Numbered from the stretch's first letter, positions 22,064 through 32,737 are shown. The stretch: 54,949 bases of DNA from Minisyncoccota bacterium (GCA_041651395.1 JBAZJI010000003.1:1-54949), one strand, 5' to 3'. Notes: generated from the letters alone by a model not told the origin. Numbers and translations: made by a program.

Positions 22064-24541
22064 ATGCCCCGAATAGTTGAACCAGTTGGCCCCACCAGAG
22101 CAAAGATGTATTTTATTGGTGAAGCCCTTGGGGAAGTAGAAGAACAATATGGTGAGCCGTTCCGTGGCCCGGCGGGGAATGTTTATAACAACATCCTGGC
22201 TACTGTTGGAATAATCAGAGCCACTGTTCGTATAAACAACGCTTTTCGGGAACGTCCGCCCAACAACCAAGTCCGCTACTTCTACAAAGGCGAACCATGC
22301 AAATCGGCAATTAAGCCGGAGTTTATTCACTATATAGAAGAACTCATGGCAGACATCCGCCGATGTAAACCATCAGTTATCATCCCGATGGGGAACGTTC
22401 CATTGAGTTGCTTGCTCGGAATAACCGATATTACTACCCATCGTGGTTATGTATTCTCATGGGAAGGCATTCCAGTTCTTCCTTCCGTTCATCCCAGTTG
22501 GATTCAACGTGGGAACTGGCAATGGGCAACGATTGCTGCCAATGACTTCCGCCGAGCGCAGGAGATTGCGCAGACCAAGAACTTCAAACTCCCGGAGCCA
22601 GAGTTAATTATTCGACCAACACACAAACAGGTTACAGAATATCTGCGTGGTCTTATATCCCAAGCAAACTCTGGCAAGAGTCCTATTGTTTCTGTCGATA
22701 TAGAAACCATCGGAGCCTCAGTTGCTTGTATTGGCTTCTCGCACAAACATAACTTTGGTTTTTGTGTTCCTTTTGTTGTTGACAAGAATCCATATTTCTC
22801 TGAGTCACACACTCACGAGTTATGGCTTCTCATCGAAAAAGTATTAACTCATCCCGGCATTCGTACCGTGATGCACAATGCTTTGTTTGATAGCTTATTC
22901 CTAGCTCGTAACTATAACATCTATACCGCCAATCTGTGGATGGACACCATGATTGCGCAACATGCAGTTTACCCAGCTTTTCCGAAAGGGTTGTGGTTTC
23001 TTACATCTTTATACACTTGGCATCCCTTCTACAAAGGCGAAGGGAAGATGCTGGTTGGTCGGGCCGACATAGACTATGACAAACTTTATCGTTATAATGC
23101 CAAAGATGCCGTAGTCACACGCGAGGTTGTTGACGCATTAACCAAAGAACTCGACGCTACCAAGACTCGTGTTCCCTACGACTTCATGATGAGTCTACTT
23201 CCCGTTTTGGCCGAGATGTCTGCCAGAGGAATCAAGTGTGACTTGGATACCATGAAGCAAATGCACCAAGCCGAGGCCGACTTGTGCAAATTTATGCAAC
23301 AAAAACTAGACGATAGAATTGGCGGCCACATCAACGTTAAATCTCCCATCCAAATGAAAGAGTTGATAGCCATAAAACTAGGCTATCCTCTCATGTATAA
23401 ACGTGGTGCCAAAAACCCATCAACCGATTTCGAAGCCATGAAGCAACTCCTGGCTAAAACAGGCAACCCAGTTATTCAACAAGTAATAGATGTCCGCAAA
23501 TGCCGTGATATGTTGAGTAAATTCTTTGGCGCTCCAAAACACGGCAACCGACCATATAAAATGGTCGAAGACGACGGTGTGTTTCGTTGCAGCTATAACC
23601 CCACTGGTACAGTCACCGGCCGATTATCCTCATCTAAAACCATTTTCGGAACTGGTGCAAATCTCCAAAATGTTCCCAAGAGTCATAAGGCAGATTTAGT
23701 ATTATACAAAATCACCAACTCCGAACTAACCAAGCTCTACCCATCTATCGCTCCCTTCTTGATAGAAGAGGATGGTCGTTTACTCTTCAACATGAACATC
23801 CGTTCGGTATTTGTGGCTCGACCTGGTTTCTCTTTCATCGTTCCTGACTTATCCCAAGCCGAAGCCCGTGTCGTTGCATATCTCTCCCGCGAAACAACCA
23901 TGATTAAAGCCTTTGATGCGGGGGGAGATATTCATAAGCGTACCGCGTCTCTTATTTATCATAAACCAATGGACGAAATAACTTACGCCGAACGCGAGAA
24001 AGCGAAACGGTCCAACCACGCAGCAAACTATGGAGTTGGGGAGCGCAAGCTGGCTGCAATTCTTAACATTCCGGTTAAAGAAGCCAGAGAGCTTCTAGCT
24101 CTCCAGTTCGCTACTTTCCCGGGAGTAAAAACATGGCACGCAGAAACTCTGCATAAAATCGACGTTCAACACTATCTAATCACACCACTTGGCCGCAAGT
24201 GTATTTTCTATGGCGTTCCCGACCCGGGAGAAGCCTATGCTTGGGTTCCCCAATCCACTATCGGAGATTTGATGAACAGGGGGATTAGAGACTTCGGCGC
24301 AGTTCGTACCAAGTTGAACAAAGATTGGCACATCCTACACAACGGCCATGACTCAATGATAGTAGAAGTCCCAGATAAAGAAATCAACCAGGCCGGGAGG
24401 GAGATTGTAAAAGCCCTAACCATTCCTCTCAAAATCGGTATCCAAACACTAACTATACCAATCTCTTTTGAGGTAGGAAAAGCATGGACGATGGGAGAAG
24501 AAGTGGACGACGACTTGTTTATGATGGACGACGAGAATTAG
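22064..24541 (+). CDS. Family A DNA polymerase with N-terminal UDG-like domain and 3'-5' exonuclease domain
   Basis: UDG-like FIGEALG...GEPFRGPAG and VHPSW. Exonuclease motifs VDIETIG, NALFDS, YNAKD. Polymerase motifs DLSQAEARV, KRSNHAANYG, GHDSMIVEV. Confidence 0.85.
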   Translation: MPRIVEPVGPTRAKMYFIGEALGEVEEQYGEPFRGPAGNVYNNILATVGIIRATVRINNAFRERPPNNQVRYFYKGEPCKSAIKPEFIHYIEELMADIRRCKPSVIIPMGNVPLSCLLGITDITTHRGYVFSWEGIPVLPSVHPSWIQRGNWQWATIAANDFRRAQEIAQTKNFKLPEPELIIRPTHKQVTEYLRGLISQANSGKSPIVSVDIETIGASVACIGFSHKHNFGFCVPFVVDKNPYFSESHTHELWLLIEKVLTHPGIRTVMHNALFDSLFLARNYNIYTANLWMDTMIAQHAVYPAFPKGLWFLTSLYTWHPFYKGEGKMLVGRADIDYDKLYRYNAKDAVVTREVVDALTKELDATKTRVPYDFMMSLLPVLAEMSARGIKCDLDTMKQMHQAEADLCKFMQQKLDDRIGGHINVKSPIQMKELIAIKLGYPLMYKRGAKNPSTDFEAMKQLLAKTGNPVIQQVIDVRKCRDMLSKFFGAPKHGNRPYKMVEDDGVFRCSYNPTGTVTGRLSSSKTIFGTGANLQNVPKSHKADLVLYKITNSELTKLYPSIAPFLIEEDGRLLFNMNIRSVFVARPGFSFIVPDLSQAEARVVAYLSRETTMIKAFDAGGDIHKRTASLIYHKPMDEITYAEREKAKRSNHAANYGVGERKLAAILNIPVKEARELLALQFATFPGVKTWHAETLHKIDVQHYLITPLGRKCIFYGVPDPGEAYAWVPQSTIGDLMNRGIRDFGAVRTKLNKDWHILHNGHDSMIVEVPDKEINQAGREIVKALTIPLKIGIQTLTIPISFEVGKAWTMGEEVDDDLFMMDDEN

Positions 24542-25695
24542 AGGACTGGCATGAGAGTTATATGGAATACTGTGAAGGAACAGAGTCGCCGGTTGTTTAC
24601 CACAAATGGGTCGGCCTAGCTGTTCTGGCCGGAGCCGTGCGCTCTCGTGTGTGGCTTCAATACGGCCGATTGAACATTCATAGTAATCTATATACCATGC
24701 TTGTAGGCCCGGCAGGTTGTCGCAAATCAGAAGCCATACGCCTCGGCAAGCGGTTTCTCTCCAAAATAACCGGAGTCTCCGTTGCTTCGGAGTCTATTAC
24801 CAGAGAACGCTTGATACAAGACATGGCTGGCAAACAAGAATCTTTTACTTTTGATGGGGAGACTGTTTATGAATCACCTATGATGGTCGCCTCCTCGGAA
24901 TTGGCTGTATTCATAGGAGAGAATAACGGCGCTTTAGTGAAGTTTTTATGCGATATCTATGATACCACAGACTACGGCTGGGCTTACTCCACTAAGAACC
25001 AAGGCGAGAGTACGATAAAACGTCCCTGGCTATCAGTCCTTGGCGGGATAACCCCCGAATCCCTGGCCGCTGCTATTCCATTAACCGAAGGCAGCGGTTT
25101 TACTTCCCGTTTTGTAATGGCTTATGGCAACAAAAAAGCCATGTGGGTTCCTATTCCATATTTAACCAAACGTGCTCGATACCTGGAGCCAAAACTCCAA
25201 CACGACTTAGACCTTATTTCAATCTCCGTAGGCGAGATGCCCTGGGAGCCAAAGGCCGAAGCATTCTTCTCTGCTTGGTATCCCGTAAACGTAGAAGATA
25301 CACCACTAATTAACGACAAACGGTTCGAGGGTTATATCTCCCGCCGACATATCCATATACTCAAAGCCGCTTTGTTACTCTCTATTGCTCGTTCTCTTAC
25401 TACTCTAACCATTCCAGTAATCAAAGACGCGATAGCTTTGGTCAAAGAAACTGAGAAAGACATGGTTAACGTTTACGGTGGGATGGGGTTGAGTAAACTT
25501 TCCCGCCAGCAAGATGTAGTAAGTGGATTAATTCGACGCCGGGGGGAGATAAGCGAACCAGAACTATTATGTATAGTTGCTTGTGATATGGATATTCTTG
25601 AATACGCTAAGATTATATCCATGCTAACAAAAACAGGATTGGTTGAAGAAAAGGTTGAAGGAACAGCGAAAACATATGTTTGGAAAGGAGTGTAA
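24484..25695 (+). CDS. P-loop NTPase, DUF3987/helicase-like replication protein
   Basis: Walker A LVGPAGCRKSEA. Position within the replication module. Start uncertain (24484 overlaps pol by 58 nt; ATG 24563 is the alternative). Confidence 0.5.
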   Translation: MDDGRRSGRRLVYDGRRELEDWHESYMEYCEGTESPVVYHKWVGLAVLAGAVRSRVWLQYGRLNIHSNLYTMLVGPAGCRKSEAIRLGKRFLSKITGVSVASESITRERLIQDMAGKQESFTFDGETVYESPMMVASSELAVFIGENNGALVKFLCDIYDTTDYGWAYSTKNQGESTIKRPWLSVLGGITPESLAAAIPLTEGSGFTSRFVMAYGNKKAMWVPIPYLTKRARYLEPKLQHDLDLISISVGEMPWEPKAEAFFSAWYPVNVEDTPLINDKRFEGYISRRHIHILKAALLLSIARSLTTLTIPVIKDAIALVKETEKDMVNVYGGMGLSKLSRQQDVVSGLIRRRGEISEPELLCIVACDMDILEYAKIISMLTKTGLVEEKVEGTAKTYVWKGV

Positions 25696-26010
25696 ATGGC
25701 ACTAACTTATGACCAAATACCAGACTTTGCGTTGGCAGACTTTGCATCATGTGCTGTCTCAACGTCAGCTATTTGGGGAGATGTTTGGGATGTCAAAAGT
25801 TCTTCTTTGTACCAACTTTTACTTGCAAAAGATAATCCATACGACTTTGACTTATCTGAAATAGACCAAACCCACCCCGGCTTTCGTAATGCAACTCTGG
25901 TTATCCTCGGCCGAGACAGTCTTGGGAGACCAAACCATATTTATGGCAAAACACAGGAGGTAATTGATGTTGAAAGTTTGTTATCTAGACACCGAGACGG
26001 GGAGTCTTAA
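25696..26010 (+). CDS. Hypothetical protein
   Basis: AAAGGAGTGTAA-ATG. Confidence 0.55.
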   Translation: MALTYDQIPDFALADFASCAVSTSAIWGDVWDVKSSSLYQLLLAKDNPYDFDLSEIDQTHPGFRNATLVILGRDSLGRPNHIYGKTQEVIDVESLLSRHRDGES

Positions 26011-26593
26011 TGTCTACAAATGTGCGTTACTCCAACTAGGCTACATCATAGAAATAGATGGTGACGAAATCGCCAAAGAGTGCGTAAATATTGCACCCAT
26101 CGAAGGAGATGAAATAAAAGACGATGCGCTAAAAGTAAACGGCTTTAAACGCGCCGAGCTGGAGAAGTTTACCAATCCGGCGAAAGCGTACCACAACTTC
26201 CTGGCCTTACTCGACTCACGAGTTGATAAGTTTGCCAAGACCGACAAGATGTTTCTTATCGGCTACAACGTAATGAGCTTTGACCAGCTAGTTATGGACT
26301 CTTTCTTCAAGAAGCACAAAAACAAATACTTCGGGTCTTATTTCTGGCGTCCCCCGATTGATGTAATGGCTCTCGCTGCCATAGACCTAGCCCTAGTTCG
26401 TTACACAATGGAGAAGTTCTCTTTGGATGAAGTCGCCAAAGTCTATAAAGTCAAACTGGAAGGAGAGCATGGTTTTCACAACGCCTTGTATGATGTAGAA
26501 ATAACCAGAGCAATCTTCAAAAAGCTCGTAGCAAAATATTCCATCGCGCCATTTATGCAAACCGAAGAAGATGAACCTTTATCGGAGGATTAA
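25967..26593 (+). CDS. DnaQ-like 3'-5' exonuclease
   Basis: Exo I YLDTETGS. Exo II GYNVMSFDQ. Exo III HNALYDVEITRA. ATG 6 nt after AGGAGG. Confidence 0.75.
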   Translation: MLKVCYLDTETGSLNVYKCALLQLGYIIEIDGDEIAKECVNIAPIEGDEIKDDALKVNGFKRAELEKFTNPAKAYHNFLALLDSRVDKFAKTDKMFLIGYNVMSFDQLVMDSFFKKHKNKYFGSYFWRPPIDVMALAAIDLALVRYTMEKFSLDEVAKVYKVKLEGEHGFHNALYDVEITRAIFKKLVAKYSIAPFMQTEEDEPLSED

Positions 26594-26991
26594 TGTGGAT
26601 AATATTTTGGTGTGCAGTTGTTACAAACGCTATCTATCTAGTGATAAAACCATTCATAATCTATTTCTGGACGCTCCGCAAACTTGCTGTAACCGACAAC
26701 AACCTGGTTGATGTTGGAGGAATGTTACTAAACAAAGCAAACAACGTGAAATCAATTATTGATAGCTTTGCTATTGTGGATATGGTTGTTCACAACATAA
26801 AATCTAAAACTATGAAAAGTGTTCCTCTGTTTGGGGCGATTATTATGTTAGCTGTTATACGTACCTATCATTATTCTTTGAGCCTAAAGCCTAACAGACA
26901 GCAAATAGAGGACACTTTGAACACCTTGTGGATTTTCCTTGTTAATAGTGAGTCTAATATAGAGCTAAAAAGGGGGAAAAAACAGGGCTAG
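26593..26991 (+). CDS. Membrane protein
   Basis: GGAGGATTA-ATG. Several hydrophobic helices. Confidence 0.6.
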   Translation: MWIIFWCAVVTNAIYLVIKPFIIYFWTLRKLAVTDNNLVDVGGMLLNKANNVKSIIDSFAIVDMVVHNIKSKTMKSVPLFGAIIMLAVIRTYHYSLSLKPNRQQIEDTLNTLWIFLVNSESNIELKRGKKQG

Positions 26992-27044
26992 TTTACATCA
27001 GGTTGAAAAATTATTGCTTAGGCTTATAGAGCGTAGCTAGGGCA

Positions 27045-27140
27045 GGGGATTGTAATACTTTAACACTATTACATTTTGCTTCTCATGTGAGATTATTCCC
27101 CATGAGAGGCATAATGTTAAGTATAACAATCCCCTTTTTT
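27045..27140 (+). terminator. Compound hairpin plus T6, where the two arms converge (conserved hairpin element, copy 2)
   Basis: Outer stem GGGGATTGTAATAC/GTATAACAATCCCC (one mismatch). Inner stem 27077-27086/27102-27111 with loop GTGAGATTATTCCCC. TTTTTT at 27135-27140. Confidence 0.65.
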
Positions 27141-27144
27141 ATCC

Positions 27145-30100
27145 CTACCGAGTTTCGGTTTCTGGTTGCTGCATTCTGAATAGTTTAAATAACTCTCTGG
27201 CCTCGTTTAACACGCCATCCAACGTCTCCAGACTAACGTCTGGCTTTAGCCCCATAGCTTTCTGTTCTGGCGTCGTTTTCATCTTAACCATTATTTCTTT
27301 ATCAAAGTCTGCCCCGCTTCTATAAGCTGATTCAATATAATTATACGAACTAATAGGAACTACCAACTGCATCAACGCGGTAGCTCTTGCCTGTGGTTTA
27401 GGCAACTTGGCTTTCATCCCTCCCACCGGCTGCATTTCATCCAAAATATTCTCTGGCGATAAAGTCATTTGAGGATATAATACTTTCATCCCTGCCTGGT
27501 AGAAAGGAATCAAGCTAGCGGCTGTATCAACCAGCGACCCAATAGCGTAAGTCCGTTTTTGTACAGGAATCAATTTGTCAGAATCCTCTGCCAATCCATA
27601 AGACGAACCATAAACATTTATCTCTCCCGGAAAATAAATACTCTGCCCCAGTGCAACTCTTTTCCCAGTAATCATTTCTATGGCTTTCATATAAAAAGGA
27701 TTAAGCATACTCACTGTCGCCGCTACTGCCGATTCAGGCCCAGCAAACAACTGTGCCAGACTCGAAAATGGATTCTCGCCTGTGGTATTATAATAATATA
27801 ACCAATTCCCCGATTTGTCCGTAGTCAATGGAACAGCAAACTGTCTATATGGCGGAGTCACTCCATGCACAACCGGCTGTTTAGTCACTCTGGCCGTTCT
27901 CTGGTCTCTTTCGTAATCATCCCAAACTTGCGCCAACCCTGTCAATATCCTAAATCTCACCGGAGCAGTCATTGGAGCCATAAATGCCGTCTTAGCTGCA
28001 TGAATATAGAACTTATAAAATGGGCTTAAATGTCTCATCACCCGTTGCGTCGCAGGGTCTGTTACGGTATAATCATTCATGGCTTTATTTACTTCATTAA
28101 CCAAAAACTTCGTTAACTCCACATCCCCTTTGGCTTCATCCATAAACTCTGGCAGAGTCGCAGCATAGTTATAATCGTGCATCTTTCTTTTAGCCAGAGC
28201 TTTTCTCGCCGCGGTTATATACGCCGCTCGTCTGGCCACTTCTTCTACCGCCTCGTTTACTTCAAAACCAAAGTTAACAAACCGTGTAACATATCTATCT
28301 TTAATTCTATTCAACGCTGGATTAGTCATCATCTTAGCTATTCTTCCCTCAGTACCATCAGCAATAGCTATCTTGGCATAATCATGAATTTGATTATATA
28401 ATCCGGCAAAGAAACCAGCAGTTGCTTCCTCTGGAATCTTTTCAATATAATGTGAGTTAAACGCTTTAACCACGTCCCCAACACTCGTTCCATGCAAATA
28501 CAAAAACAAAGCGTTACCAATCATGTTATTCTTAATCCACCGTAGCGCCACTGGTGGTGTACTCAACACAAGAGTAACCCAGGCACTCAATGCTTTATTA
28601 TGAACCGTCTCTGCCATTCTCAACAACTTCCAAGTTGACTGCCCAATCCCTGTAACATCCCGCATAGACCCCGCCACTAGCGCTCCCAGTCTTTGAGGAA
28701 TCTGGTATCTCTTTCCTGGCCGTCTTAACACCGCTTCTAAATCATCCCCCAACACTTTCTCAACTTTCTTGCCAATAGTTACAATCGACTTGGCAATAAT
28801 CTTTTGACTATCTGCTCCTTTGATTTGTAGGGCAGATGCCAACTCGTTTTCTAGACCAACATCATCCATCAAAGCCTTTCGGATATCCAAACTCTTCTTA
28901 ATAATAAAATCATGCACTGTTGGGCTAAACTCCACCCATCCTTCTTGCGCATATTCCCCAGGTTTCAAAGGTTTAGCCATCGAGAGAATCTCTCCAAGCA
29001 TCTTCTGATGAGCTTCGTATTTACTCAAAGCTATTTGATACGCCAACAAAGGATAATCCCCACCAACTCTTGCCAACTTTGACCCTCTTTGCTCGTGGAA
29101 CATGGTTGGCTTTCTCAAGTAATGTTCAATCCCTCTTCCTGACCCAACATCCCCAGTCCCGGGAGTTCTCATCTCCAACTTATGACTAATGTTCTTGGTC
29201 AAAAACGTGAAATACTCTGGCGAATAAATACTCTGTGTCATATATAAATCATCGGCGGGTTTCATGGCATTAAATAAAACCTTAGTCACCTGTTCCCTGG
29301 CTGTTTGTATCTGCAAGTTTGTTACCGCTGGTTTCGGGCCCGGCGGACGAGCTACCCCAATGGCCTTTCCGACCATATCCTTTATCACTTGTTCCATATC
29401 AATCTTTTTTACCATTCCATTCTCTTTCTTTATATACCATCCCCCAGTCAGTGATGCCAACGGCGCATCTTTTACCTCCCCTGCCATTAAATATGCCAAA
29501 GGATTACCTTTCACCGATGATTCTATTTCTGGCGCGTAATAAATATCCGTCAGCTTTTTGACTTTTGTGTCTTGTTTTCTAACCGCCCGAAGCAGCATGT
29601 TTTGCAATCTTTGGTCTAGCTCTACTGGTTTAAGTTTCAGTGTCTCGAATTTATCAAACACGCGGATATTCTCAACCAGGTTTCCCCTCTGGTCAATCTT
29701 TCTCGTTGCTCGCATAACTGTGGGAATACCAGAGTACTGCTCCCTTCCTCTGGCTATTCGTGTAATCAACGGTTCATAGTATTCCTTGGTGTCATCCATC
29801 CAAGCGTTCATAGCTGTGGTCAATTCTGTACGTTTAGCCAACTCTTCGGCGGGCATGTCGAAGTTATAATCCGTCAACCATCTCCCCAACACCGCTTTAT
29901 CATCTTCGTTTAAGAAAAGCATAGACAAAAAAACTTTATCTGTCTCTGGCGATTTATCTTTAGCCGCTGCTGCCAGGACTTTCCCCACTATTCCCTTACC
30001 AAAATCATACTCTGCTTTTGGCTCTCCTTTCTTCAACTCTCTTCCCGCCAAATCCACTCCCCATTTATCTGCCAAAGCATCAATATTCGCTTTGTATCTC

Positions 30101-31185
30101 CTCCCATTCCGGCCTATCTTCTTGGCATACTCCACCCCACTAGCCAAGTTTGCCTGACTTTCTGGATTCTCGAAGAACTCTCGCAAAACATTCTTGCCTT
30201 GTTGGGTTAATTCTACACCAGAGAACTCCGGGAACTTCGCCGGGTCGTCTATTCCCATTACCGCAAAAGGGAAAACTTCTTTTTCAGTGGTCGATAACTT
30301 ATCTCTCAACTCGGTTTTCCATGTTTTCAGTGCCTGCATAACATGAGCTTCTTCGCCACGTTTATAAAACGATTGGTTCTGTTTGAACCAGCCATCGAAC
30401 TCTGCATCACTCATCCATTTAGCCACAGTGTTATTCTTTTTCATAACACTCTTAACCGTATCTGAAACCAAATGCTCCGAGAAGCCCATAATCCTAGCTC
30501 CTGCCACAGCATCCAAAGCAGCAAATAATGGATGTTCTGCGGCGTAAGTGGCCAAAGGAGCTAGCTTACCTTCCAAAACAAACTGTCCATGTGGGGAGTA
30601 TTGTTCTTCCAAGCCTTTCTTCAAATCATACAGCAGATTAACTCCATCTTTATATCTATCTGCCATATTATAAACATCTTCTTGCGTGACATTTCCCATA
30701 GCTTTGTGGACACCATACTTAATTCCCTCGTATATGGTATTCCCGCCGATATATGTTGCTAAAGCCGGTATGACTACTGCGCCACCAAGCAACGCCGCAA
30801 CATCTTTGGGAGTATTTTTTATGCCTTTCTCCAAAGGCAGAGTAAACTTCTCCATCCCCATTGCTGCATTACGTAGTAACATAGCTCTATTAGCTGGCGG
30901 TCTCGCTATTTTCTTAGTGGCATCCTCTGTTACTTGTTGTATCGGCCCAAGTCGTCTTTGTGTTATCGCTTCTGCCGCTCTCAATGGGTGTCCTGACTTC
31001 AACTCTATTCCAGCCTCAACTAATCTTGGAATCCAATCCACTTTTGTTGGACTAATAGTTTTCTTCAACTCAGCCACTTTTTCTTTGGTTGACAACTCCA
31101 CCGGTTGTGGCGGACGAACTGGCACAACATAATCAGGACTATCCTTACCCCCTGCAAGTTCTGCCAATAACTTAGCTCTATCCAT
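27145..31185 (-). CDS. Very large late protein (1346 aa), candidate internal virion/ejection protein
   Basis: Last gene of the late operon. Size and position recall T7 gp16-type proteins. No catalytic motif recognised. Confidence 0.4.
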   Translation of the reverse strand: MDRAKLLAELAGGKDSPDYVVPVRPPQPVELSTKEKVAELKKTISPTKVDWIPRLVEAGIELKSGHPLRAAEAITQRRLGPIQQVTEDATKKIARPPANRAMLLRNAAMGMEKFTLPLEKGIKNTPKDVAALLGGAVVIPALATYIGGNTIYEGIKYGVHKAMGNVTQEDVYNMADRYKDGVNLLYDLKKGLEEQYSPHGQFVLEGKLAPLATYAAEHPLFAALDAVAGARIMGFSEHLVSDTVKSVMKKNNTVAKWMSDAEFDGWFKQNQSFYKRGEEAHVMQALKTWKTELRDKLSTTEKEVFPFAVMGIDDPAKFPEFSGVELTQQGKNVLREFFENPESQANLASGVEYAKKIGRNGRRYKANIDALADKWGVDLAGRELKKGEPKAEYDFGKGIVGKVLAAAAKDKSPETDKVFLSMLFLNEDDKAVLGRWLTDYNFDMPAEELAKRTELTTAMNAWMDDTKEYYEPLITRIARGREQYSGIPTVMRATRKIDQRGNLVENIRVFDKFETLKLKPVELDQRLQNMLLRAVRKQDTKVKKLTDIYYAPEIESSVKGNPLAYLMAGEVKDAPLASLTGGWYIKKENGMVKKIDMEQVIKDMVGKAIGVARPPGPKPAVTNLQIQTAREQVTKVLFNAMKPADDLYMTQSIYSPEYFTFLTKNISHKLEMRTPGTGDVGSGRGIEHYLRKPTMFHEQRGSKLARVGGDYPLLAYQIALSKYEAHQKMLGEILSMAKPLKPGEYAQEGWVEFSPTVHDFIIKKSLDIRKALMDDVGLENELASALQIKGADSQKIIAKSIVTIGKKVEKVLGDDLEAVLRRPGKRYQIPQRLGALVAGSMRDVTGIGQSTWKLLRMAETVHNKALSAWVTLVLSTPPVALRWIKNNMIGNALFLYLHGTSVGDVVKAFNSHYIEKIPEEATAGFFAGLYNQIHDYAKIAIADGTEGRIAKMMTNPALNRIKDRYVTRFVNFGFEVNEAVEEVARRAAYITAARKALAKRKMHDYNYAATLPEFMDEAKGDVELTKFLVNEVNKAMNDYTVTDPATQRVMRHLSPFYKFYIHAAKTAFMAPMTAPVRFRILTGLAQVWDDYERDQRTARVTKQPVVHGVTPPYRQFAVPLTTDKSGNWLYYYNTTGENPFSSLAQLFAGPESAVAATVSMLNPFYMKAIEMITGKRVALGQSIYFPGEINVYGSSYGLAEDSDKLIPVQKRTYAIGSLVDTAASLIPFYQAGMKVLYPQMTLSPENILDEMQPVGGMKAKLPKPQARATALMQLVVPISSYNYIESAYRSGADFDKEIMVKMKTTPEQKAMGLKPDVSLETLDGVLNEARELFKLFRMQQPETETR

Positions 31186-32726
31186 TACTCTTCTCCCATC
31201 GTAGCTTTTTTATTATTATAGAGCTTCCATAAATCATTGATTTGTTTGCGTACCTGCTGCCGCTGAATAGGTGTTGGTAGTACCTCCGGATTTGTTAATA
31301 TACCAGTAATCCTATCCCGCTCTGCTTCTGTTGGATTTGCTTCAAACTTTTTGAATACAACCAACATATTATTCTGTTCATCTGGCGACAATGGAGCAAT
31401 GTCATTAATGATTTTTAAAATACTATCAATCTTGGTTAGAGTAGCGGTTGGGGGAGTCTTAACCGCAGTAATACTATTTAACCCACTTGTATCTACTCTC
31501 ACTCCCTTTCCCGGAACTCGTACCACTGTTTTTTGCTTAACAGGTGGTCCAACCGCTGCTCCCTTGGGAGGAGTTTTAATTCCTCTGGTCTGTTTAGTTG
31601 GTGTGTCAACAATACTAATCTGTTGTGTTGTTCCATCAGTATCCTTGGTAACTTTTCCATCGGGACTAACCACTACACTATATAGAATACCAGTCCCGCC
31701 CGAAGGGTCTATATCAAACGCCAAAGAACTAACATCATGGTTCTCTGTTTGTGCAGTATTCTTGGCTTGAGTAAGCATACCATCCATTAACCCTTTGGTC
31801 TTAACCGCCAATCGGGCATCAAGTGTACTGCTTTTAATAAACTCTTGAATAAATGGCGGGAGAGTACCAAAGAATTTATTGGCATCGGCAACTTGTGTTG
31901 CTTCTTGTTTGGCTCCTCTTTGTAAATCCAATCCAATCAATGCTCCAGCGTACTGACGCTGCTCACCAGCGGTCATTTTGGCTGGGTCTTTGCCAGCAAA
32001 AAAGAGTTCCAAATTTGTTGCACCAAGCCCAGCAATAGGAACACGCATTCTAGCGCGAAGTTTGGCTTCTTCTTTATGCCCAACCGCACCCTGTCCCAAC
32101 TTAGCCGTTAACTCATCCACAGAAATCAGGTCGTCTGGTTCCCCAGCAAACAAGCTGTCAGCTATTTCTTTCTTCATCCCAGGAAGTAACATAGCTGTAG
32201 CTCTTGCCTCGGCATTTGTTATACTTCCTTTAACACCAAACTTCTTGGCCAAATCAGCCGTTCTAAAAATCTTATCCAAATTCTGCCACTCTTCTGTAGT
32301 TATTTTATCACCAACCAACTTCCCCGATAGGCGTAGGATATCTCCAGGACTGTTAACGGTATACTGCAACTTAACATCACCAATCTTAGCGTTCTCTTGT
32401 GCTACCCAATCCTTGATTGCCTTTACAGTTGTGTTTGGGTCAATACCTAAACTGGGAGATTCAAACTTTCCTGCCGTCCGCTTGAAAATACTTGGCAACC
32501 CAATCTGCACGTTCTTATACTTCTCCAAATTCCCCGGGTCGCTACTGGCCAACTCCACCAACTTCAACTCTATGTTGGCTCTATTAGCCATCTCTTGCTC
32601 TGCCAACTGTTGCTCTCTATCCTCTTTCTGCCATTCTCTCTGCCGATGAATCATCAAAGCATTATTCACACCTCTGGCAATACCACCAGCGATTCCCGCT
32701 AAAGCATAATCTCTTGGCTGTGCCAT
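31185..32726 (-). CDS. Late protein (513 aa), candidate internal virion protein
   Basis: AAGGAG SD. Coiled-coil-like N-terminus. Position. Confidence 0.35.
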   Translation of the reverse strand: MAQPRDYALAGIAGGIARGVNNALMIHRQREWQKEDREQQLAEQEMANRANIELKLVELASSDPGNLEKYKNVQIGLPSIFKRTAGKFESPSLGIDPNTTVKAIKDWVAQENAKIGDVKLQYTVNSPGDILRLSGKLVGDKITTEEWQNLDKIFRTADLAKKFGVKGSITNAEARATAMLLPGMKKEIADSLFAGEPDDLISVDELTAKLGQGAVGHKEEAKLRARMRVPIAGLGATNLELFFAGKDPAKMTAGEQRQYAGALIGLDLQRGAKQEATQVADANKFFGTLPPFIQEFIKSSTLDARLAVKTKGLMDGMLTQAKNTAQTENHDVSSLAFDIDPSGGTGILYSVVVSPDGKVTKDTDGTTQQISIVDTPTKQTRGIKTPPKGAAVGPPVKQKTVVRVPGKGVRVDTSGLNSITAVKTPPTATLTKIDSILKIINDIAPLSPDEQNNMLVVFKKFEANPTEAERDRITGILTNPEVLPTPIQRQQVRKQINDLWKLYNNKKATMGEE

Positions 32727-32737
32727 TTCTTTTCTCC

